A stretch of DNA of 20,000 nt, from the NCBI GenBank assembly GCA_900617105.1, contig UYFQ01000010.1, forward strand, positions 238,009 through 258,008, in the 5' to 3' direction. A program made the translations under genes and the position numbers. This stretch comes from Hydrurus foetidus (lineage: Eukaryota). The first letter of the stretch is position 1, and each line of letters starts with the position of its first letter. The notes beneath the pieces were generated by a model. It was not told the origin of the DNA. It did no database searches and saw only the letters and a list, made by a program, of their open reading frames with translations. Shown here in pieces: positions 14,313 to 20,000 of this stretch.

Positions 14313-16982
14313 TCACGCCCGGCTCCCACTGCGCCCCCAGCGCCGCGCCGCTTCTTCCGGCGTCTGCCCGCTGGCGGTGATGGCGCCCAGGGGTGCCAGC
14401 AGCGCATCCAGATCTGCCGCGTCAAACTTGATGGCGCCCGCCGCGTCATGCCCCAGCACGCTATCCGCCAGCGCCAGCTTGCGGGCTTGCAGCTCCAGCA
14501 TGCGTTCCTCGATGCTGCCTTCCACCACCAGCTTGTAGACAAACACCGGCTGGTCCTGGCCGATGCGGTGGGCACGGGCGGTGGCTTGTTCTTCTACGGC
14601 GGGGTTCCACCACGGGTCCATGTGGATGACGGTGTCAGCGGCGGTCAGGTTTAGGCCTACGCCGCCCGCCTTCAGGCTCAGCAATAGGATGGGCGCTTCT
14701 TGCGCCTGGAAGCGCTGCACCACATCGCCACGGTCTTTGGTCGGGGTCTTGCCGGTCAGGCTGAGGAAGGGCAGGGCCTGCGTTTGTAGTTGATCCGCGA
14801 TCAAATCCAGCAACTCGGTGAACTGCGAAAACACCAGCACGCGCCGGCCTTCTTCCACCAGCGCGGGCAGCATGTCGGCGAGTAGCTCCAGCTTGGCGCG
14901 TTCCATGGTGTTCGCGACTTTGCTTCCCTTCACCAAATGCGGGTCGCAGCAGACCTGGCGCAGCTTGAGCAGCGCATCGAGGATGCTGATCTGCGCACCA
15001 TTAAAGCTCTGGCGCTGCAGCACGCGGCGCACCTGCACATCGGCGGCCACGCGCACGCTTTCGTACAGCTCGCGCTGCTGGCCTTGCAGTTGAACCCGCT
15101 TGATGACTTCGGTGCGCGGCGGCAGTTCACTCGCCACATCCTGCTTGCGGCGGCGCAGGATGAAGGGCCGCACGCGCTGGGCCAGCAGGGCAGCGCGCAG
15201 GGTCTCACCGTTCTCCTCAATCGGCTTGCGCCAGCGCGCGGCAAAGTGGCGCGCGTCGCCCAAGAAGCCGGGCATCAGCCAGTCGAACTGCGCCCACAGC
15301 TCGCCCAGGTGGTTTTCCATCGGTGTGCCGGTCAGGCACAGGCTGTGGCGCGTTTGCAGGCGGCGCAGGGCGCGGGCGCTGCGGCTACCGGCGTTCTTCA
15401 CCATCTGCGCTTCGTCCAATATGACGAGGTGAAAGCACTGCGCGGCCAGCGCATCCATGTCTCGCCAGAGCAGCGGGTAGGTGGTCAGCACCAGGTCGTG
15501 GGCGGGCATTTGCGCGAACAGGTCGGCCCGGTCCGGGCCTTGCAGCGTCAGCAGGCGCAGTTCTGGCGCCATGCGTTTGGCTTCGGCCTGCCAGTTAAAA
15601 ATCAGTGACGTAGGCAGCACCACCAGCACGGGCAGGTCCAGCCGGCCGGCGTGCTTTTCTACCAGCACATGGGCCAGCGCTTGCGCGGTTTTTCCCAGGC
15701 CCATGTCATCGGCCAAGATGCCGCCCAGGCTGTGGGTACGCAGGTACTGCAGCCACGCTAGGCCTTCGAGCTGGTAGGCACGCAACTGCACCTGCAGGCC
15801 TTGGGGCGCGGCCACGGATTGCGGCGTGCCCAGCGCTTTCAGGCGTTTGGCCAGGCTGGCCAGGCCCACGTCGCCTTCCAGTTGCCAGGTGTTGTGCGCG
15901 CCCACGCGATGCGCCTCCAGCAGGCTGGCACGCAGGGCGTCCAGGCGCCGGGCCTCCCACGCGCCCAGCTTCAACAAACTCTGGTCCTGGTTGCGCAGTG
16001 GGTCGGTGAGCAAGTCCACCATCGCGCCGACGATGGCCTTGATGGGCGCAGCGGGTGCGTCAATGCGTTTGCCGCCCGGTGCGCGCAGCGAGACGATGGC
16101 CAGGTCGTCGATGGCGGCTATCTGCGTGGCGTTGAGCCAGCGGTGGTCGCGGCGCAGCAGGTCGGCCAGCATGGGCGCCAGGTCCAGCGTCTGGCCGTCG
16201 ATCTCAATGCCCAGGCTCAGCAGCCATGCGCCTTCGCGTGCGGGCAGTTGCAACTTCTCCACGCCACGGCCGGGCTTCACCAGCGGGCTGTCTAGTTCTT
16301 TGCCCAGCACCTCTCCGGTGTCGGGGCTGACCACCAGCTTCCAGCGTTGCACGGGCACGCTCTCGTGCGCAAAGCCGGGCTTGATGACGACCGACCAGCC
16401 CTTGGCCTGCAGTTGCTGCACTTGGTCGGCCCAGAAGTCACCAAAGAATTCCTCCTGCGGGAGTGTCCACGCGGAGCTCAGCGCCGGGTGTTCGCGGCTG
16501 CGCCATTGGAAAGACTGTGCGTCCAGCGGCACAAAGCCCATGTCCCACACCAGGTCCATGGCGTCGGCCTCCGCGGCCAGGTCGCGCTGCATGCGCACTA
16601 CCGGGCCGCCGGTGTCAAACAGCTCTTGTACCGCAGGCGGGCGGTTGTTCAGGATGGACGTGGGGGCAGGCGCGTGCCAGCGGTCGCCAGCGTCGGTTGT
16701 GTACGTCCAGTCGAACTGGGCCAGCGTCACGCTGTCACCGCGCGGGCCCAGCTTGCCTTGCGGTTTGAGGCCCAGCAGGCCATCGCCACGGCCCAGCGTC
16801 TGCAGCGTGAGGCGAGGGCGGAAGCGGCCGGGTACGCCCTCCGCATCGGCCAGCGTGGGCAGGCTTTTCAGCATGGCGGCATCGGCCTTGCGCTCCAACG
16901 CATCCACCCAGGCGGCCACGGTGTGGTCGCGCTGGTCGGCGCCGAGTGGCAGGTTGGGCGGGGTGTTGCGGGGGCGGGCCAT
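14313..16982 (-). CDS. SNF2-family (SF2) helicase/ATPase
   Basis: LRAYQ.EG..WL, GGILADDMGLGKT, ILDEAQ, LTGTPMENHL, LLKLRQVCC, VLVFSQF, SLKAGGVGLNLT, DPWWNPAVEEQATARAHRIGQ. Confidence 0.93.
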   Translation of the reverse strand: MARPRNTPPNLPLGADQRDHTVAAWVDALERKADAAMLKSLPTLADAEGVPGRFRPRLTLQTLGRGDGLLGLKPQGKLGPRGDSVTLAQFDWTYTTDAGDRWHAPAPTSILNNRPPAVQELFDTGGPVVRMQRDLAAEADAMDLVWDMGFVPLDAQSFQWRSREHPALSSAWTLPQEEFFGDFWADQVQQLQAKGWSVVIKPGFAHESVPVQRWKLVVSPDTGEVLGKELDSPLVKPGRGVEKLQLPAREGAWLLSLGIEIDGQTLDLAPMLADLLRRDHRWLNATQIAAIDDLAIVSLRAPGGKRIDAPAAPIKAIVGAMVDLLTDPLRNQDQSLLKLGAWEARRLDALRASLLEAHRVGAHNTWQLEGDVGLASLAKRLKALGTPQSVAAPQGLQVQLRAYQLEGLAWLQYLRTHSLGGILADDMGLGKTAQALAHVLVEKHAGRLDLPVLVVLPTSLIFNWQAEAKRMAPELRLLTLQGPDRADLFAQMPAHDLVLTTYPLLWRDMDALAAQCFHLVILDEAQMVKNAGSRSARALRRLQTRHSLCLTGTPMENHLGELWAQFDWLMPGFLGDARHFAARWRKPIEENGETLRAALLAQRVRPFILRRRKQDVASELPPRTEVIKRVQLQGQQRELYESVRVAADVQVRRVLQRQSFNGAQISILDALLKLRQVCCDPHLVKGSKVANTMERAKLELLADMLPALVEEGRRVLVFSQFTELLDLIADQLQTQALPFLSLTGKTPTKDRGDVVQRFQAQEAPILLLSLKAGGVGLNLTAADTVIHMDPWWNPAVEEQATARAHRIGQDQPVFVYKLVVEGSIEERMLELQARKLALADSVLGHDAAGAIKFDAADLDALLAPLGAITASGQTPEEAARRWGRSGSRA

Positions 16983-17049
16983 GTGGAGAGGGATTGTGCC
17001 TGCGGCCCCCGCAGGATCAGGGCCTCGCGGCCCCCGACTCGTCAGGACG

Positions 17050-18051
17050 TTAAGCGGCGGCAGCCGTGTACTGCACCGTCACGGTGCGGCCGGTCTGCGC
17101 GCTCTCCAGCACCGCCAGTGCGACGGCCAGCGATCGCACGCCGGCCTGGCCGTCGGCCATGTCATGGGGCTGACCCTGGACTGCTTTGTGGAACTGCTGA
17201 ATGCAGCGGCTGTAAAGGTCGCTGGGCTCCAGCGGCAGGGCGTGCTCACCCTGCGCATCCTTGAAATTCAGCCGGCCGTCGGGCCCCTGGTGCAGGATGC
17301 CGGTGCCTTGGAGAGAACCCTGCGTGCCGTGAATCTCCAGGCCCACGTCCGCAAACGGGGTGTTGAAGCCCTGGTGGGTGAAAGCGGTGATGCCGCTGGG
17401 GAAGCGCCACACCGACATGGCGTTGTCTTCCATGCCTTCGGCCATGCCGCTGTTGCTGGTCATGGCGGTCACTTCGGTGGGGTACTCGCCCAGCAGAAAG
17501 CCCAGGGAGTCGGCGTTGTGCACCGCAATGTCCAGTACCACACCGCCGCCTGCGCCCTTGTCCTTGAGCCGCCAGCCCTGCAGATGCGCTGGCAAATAAA
17601 CCGAATGGTTCACCCGGGCTGACACCAGCTTGCCCAGTGCGCCCTGACGCAGTTTGTCGCGCATCTGCAGGTGGGCGCTGTTGTGGCGCAGGTGGTGGTT
17701 GGTGCCCATCACCACACCCGCGTCGGCGCAGGCCTGCACCATGCGCTGTGCCGCGGCCAGTGACGTGGCGAGGGGTTTTTCGCACAGCACATGCAGGCCC
17801 AGTTGGGCCGCATGGACCAGTGAGGCCTCGTGCTTTTCATTGGTGCTGGAGATGTAGACCGCTTGAAGGTCCAGGCCTTGCAGCGCGGTTTCGTCGTCCA
17901 GCGCGTGCGCAATGCCGTGTTTGCCTGCAAATACCTGTGCACGGGCCATGTCCCCCGACACCACGGCCACGATCTCGTCTCCCACAGAACGCACGGCAGA
18001 CACCATCCACTCGTCAGCAATGGTGCTGGCCCCAATAAATGCCCAACGCAT
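17050..18051 (-). CDS. afr: Gfo/Idh/MocA oxidoreductase, 1,5-anhydro-D-fructose reductase-like
   Basis: IGASTIA.EW, YISSTNEKH, VLCEKPLA, GTNHHLR, HSVYLPAHLQGWRL, GGGVVLDIAVH.ADSL; by recall, closely follows the Sinorhizobium Afr sequence; 333 aa. Confidence 0.82.
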   Translation of the reverse strand: MRWAFIGASTIADEWMVSAVRSVGDEIVAVVSGDMARAQVFAGKHGIAHALDDETALQGLDLQAVYISSTNEKHEASLVHAAQLGLHVLCEKPLATSLAAAQRMVQACADAGVVMGTNHHLRHNSAHLQMRDKLRQGALGKLVSARVNHSVYLPAHLQGWRLKDKGAGGGVVLDIAVHNADSLGFLLGEYPTEVTAMTSNSGMAEGMEDNAMSVWRFPSGITAFTHQGFNTPFADVGLEIHGTQGSLQGTGILHQGPDGRLNFKDAQGEHALPLEPSDLYSRCIQQFHKAVQGQPHDMADGQAGVRSLAVALAVLESAQTGRTVTVQYTAAAA

Positions 18052-18071
18052 AAGTTCTCCTTAAAACCTGA

Positions 18072-18100
18072 AAGATAACGTTTACATTTCGTTAAGTCAA
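18072..18100 (-). promoter_or_regulatory. Sigma70 promoter for afr, overlapped by a LacI-type operator
   Basis: Minus strand reads TTGACT-N17-TATCTT, with TGTAAACGTTATC overlapping the spacer and -10. Confidence 0.7.
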
Positions 18101-18103
18101 TGC

Positions 18104-18132
18104 TTGACATGCAATGTACACGTTTGCATAAT
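18104..18132 (+). promoter_or_regulatory. Sigma70 promoter for the LacI-ybiU operon, overlapped by a LacI-type operator
   Basis: TTGACA(18104-18109)-N17-CATAAT(18127-18132); CG-centred near-palindrome ATGTACACGTTTGCAT at 18114-18129. Confidence 0.75.
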
Positions 18133-18149
18133 TTGCGACAGGAAACCCT

Positions 18150-19151
18150 ATGCAAGCCAGAAAAACCAGCATCACGACCATCGCCAAGGCCACCGGACTG
18201 TCCTCGGCCACGGTGTCGCGGGCGCTGGCGGGCTTGCCCAGCGTGCAGCCAGAAACCCGCGAAAAAGTGTTGCAGGCTGCGCGTGAGCTGCGCTATGTGC
18301 GGGACCGCGCGGCGGTACGCCTGAAGACCGGCAGCAGCAACTCGTTGGCGTTCATCATGGACCGGCAGGATGCAATTCAACCCGGGTTCAAGGATTTTTT
18401 ACTGGGCCTGGGCGACGCCTTGCAGGGCACGGACTACCACCTCATCGTGCTGCCGCAACTGGTGGGGCAGAACGGGCTGGACAGCGTGCGCTACGTCGTG
18501 GAGCGGGGACTGGCCGATGGCCTGGTGCTGACCTATGCGGCTCCGCAGGACGCGCGCGTGGGCTGGCTGCAGGAGCAGGGCTTTCCGTTTGTGACCTACG
18601 GGCGCACGCAGCTATCGGCCCACGACAGCGTGGACTTTGCCAACGAAATTTTTGCCACGAACGCAGTGGCCACGCTCGCGGCCCAGGGGCGCCAGCGTTT
18701 GGGAATCCTGCTGCCCGAGGCCGGCGCCAGCTTTTACCAGCACCTGGCCGACGGCTTTCGCCGCGAATGCCAGGCGCGTGGCGCGGCAGGAGAGTGCGTG
18801 CAGGCCGTCAGCCTGGACGACGCGCCCGGCGACATTTACCAATGGGCGCGCAACAACGCCCGTCGTTTCGACGGCCTGGTGCTGACGCGTGAGGCACCTA
18901 TCCTGCCGCTGCTCAGCGCGCTGGCCGACAGTGGCTTGCAGGTGGGTCAAGACATTGAACTGGTCATCAAGTACAGCAGCCCGCTGCCGCAGTACATCCG
19001 CCAGCCGTTTTGGGGCTGCTTTGAAGACATGCACCGGGCTGGCCACGCGCTGGGCGCCTGCATGCTGGAGCGCTTTTCCCAGGCCGACATGCCCGTGAGC
19101 CAACAACTTTTTCTCCCCCCCACTTTGGAGCCATTCCATGCAACAAGCTGA
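18150..19151 (+). CDS. LacI-family transcriptional regulator
   Basis: HTH SITTIAKATGLSSATVSRAL, hinge AVRLKTG, periplasmic-binding-type core (DGLVL, D.RV.WL, PFVTYGR, VDFAN). Confidence 0.93.
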   Translation: MQARKTSITTIAKATGLSSATVSRALAGLPSVQPETREKVLQAARELRYVRDRAAVRLKTGSSNSLAFIMDRQDAIQPGFKDFLLGLGDALQGTDYHLIVLPQLVGQNGLDSVRYVVERGLADGLVLTYAAPQDARVGWLQEQGFPFVTYGRTQLSAHDSVDFANEIFATNAVATLAAQGRQRLGILLPEAGASFYQHLADGFRRECQARGAAGECVQAVSLDDAPGDIYQWARNNARRFDGLVLTREAPILPLLSALADSGLQVGQDIELVIKYSSPLPQYIRQPFWGCFEDMHRAGHALGACMLERFSQADMPVSQQLFLPPTLEPFHATS

Positions 19152-20000
19152 TCCCAACCTCAATTTTCAGAGCGAAATCATCGCCGCCAAGCGCCTGCTG
19201 CGGGCGCAAATCCCAGACCTGAAAGAGCGCTTTGAGGCACTGACCCGTGGCATTGAAGTCCAGGTGGAGGCGATTGAACGGGAGCGTGCGCAGGGCATCA
19301 ACTCGGTACCGGAAGTGCAGTTCGCCGAGCTGGATACGCTGGACGCGGCCACGGTGGCGCGCATCAAGCAGCGCGGCTGTGTGGTGGTGCGCGGTGTGTT
19401 TGAAAAGGCGCGTGTTGAAAAGTGGAACCGCACGATTGAGTCTTACCTGGCGGACAACCACTACCTGGACAAGGAAGTGAGCAAGCGCGGTATTGACAAG
19501 TACTTCAGTGCTCTGGCCAGCAGCCGCCCGCAGATTTATGGCGTGTACTGGTCCAAGCCGCAAATGGAGGCGCGCCAGTCCACAGAATTGGCCCAGGCCC
19601 GCCGCTGGCTGAATCGCTTGTGGAATATCGACCAGAACGGCAAACCCGTGTTCAACCCCGACCAGGAATGCACCTACTCCGACCGTGTGCGCCAGCGCGA
19701 ACCGGGCGATGCGTCCCTGGGCTTGTCGCCCCACGTGGACGGCGGCTCCATCGAGCGCTGGACGGACCCTGGCTACCGCAATGTGTACCGCCACATCTAT
19801 GGCGGCGATGCCAGCCAGTACGACCCCTTTGCCGCCGCGTATCGCACAGAGACGCACGAAATTCCATCACCTGCGGTGTGCAGCATGTTTCGCACCTTCC
19901 AGGGCTGGACGGCGCTGACGCCTCAAGGCCCGGGCGATGGCACGCTGAATCTGGTGCCCATTTCCAACGCCATGCCCTGGGTGCTGTTGCGGGCGTTGCA
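19138..20000 (+). CDS. YbiU/DUF1479 (Gig2-like) family protein, partial (runs off the right edge; not in the ORF track)
   Basis: My translation from ATG 19138 (GGAG at 19127-19130): MQQADPNLNF...IKQRGCVVVRGVF...PQIYGVYWSKPQMEARQ...YSDRVRQREPGD.SLGLSPHVDGGSIERW...CSMFRTFQGWTALTPQGPGDGTL. No stop before base 20000. Confidence 0.88.
   Translation, partial: MQQADPNLNFQSEIIAAKRLLRAQIPDLKERFEALTRGIEVQVEAIERERAQGINSVPEVQFAELDTLDAATVARIKQRGCVVVRGVFEKARVEKWNRTIESYLADNHYLDKEVSKRGIDKYFSALASSRPQIYGVYWSKPQMEARQSTELAQARRWLNRLWNIDQNGKPVFNPDQECTYSDRVRQREPGDASLGLSPHVDGGSIERWTDPGYRNVYRHIYGGDASQYDPFAAAYRTETHEIPSPAVCSMFRTFQGWTALTPQGPGDGTLNLVPISNAMPWVLLRAL

Noticed and set aside
14313..16982. SNF2 helicase as part of an anti-phage system (e.g. 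DISARM, Zorya)
   Set aside because: No methylase, nuclease or other defence partner nearby; the neighbours are metabolic genes.
16999..17036. Hairpin CCTGCGG-CCC-CCGCAGG and a GCGGCCCCCG direct repeat downstream of afr
   Set aside because: No U-tract, so not called a terminator; short GC-rich repeats are expected by chance.
15826..17622. 598-aa plus-strand ORF
   Set aside because: Antisense shadow of the SNF2 and afr genes; Ser/Arg/Ala-rich with no motifs, as expected in high-GC DNA.

Overview
High-GC betaproteobacterial DNA; the gene set and repeat style suggest Comamonadaceae (inference). From left to right it holds: the 3' end of an MFS transporter; a DsbC-like thioredoxin-fold protein; an ectoine-type aspartokinase with no ectABC beside it; a ~2.2-kb lower-GC insert with two divergent orphan genes; a 5'-truncated second allele of a GH125 mannosidase gene; a non-dcw RsmH paralogue; the intact GH125; a YqjI/YqjH-like PadR and siderophore-interacting pair; a Zn alcohol dehydrogenase; a YceI lipoprotein; vanAB-like O-demethylase genes with a MarR regulator; a SNF2 helicase; and a divergent afr / LacI-ybiU(DUF1479) sugar locus that runs off the right edge. 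The best candidate for something new is the insert gene at 2961-4109 (-). It appears to join a toxin-type four-helix membrane-localisation domain to a domain resembling the conserved core of plant/fungal IQM proteins (HSS..AG...SGHYxP), followed by a His/Cys tail, which would make it a new effector/toxin architecture. Also notable are three gap-free copies of a 43-bp intergenic repeat (one supplies a stop codon) and a 638-bp GH125 duplication whose differences are mostly synonymous. All family calls come from reading motifs; no searches were run.
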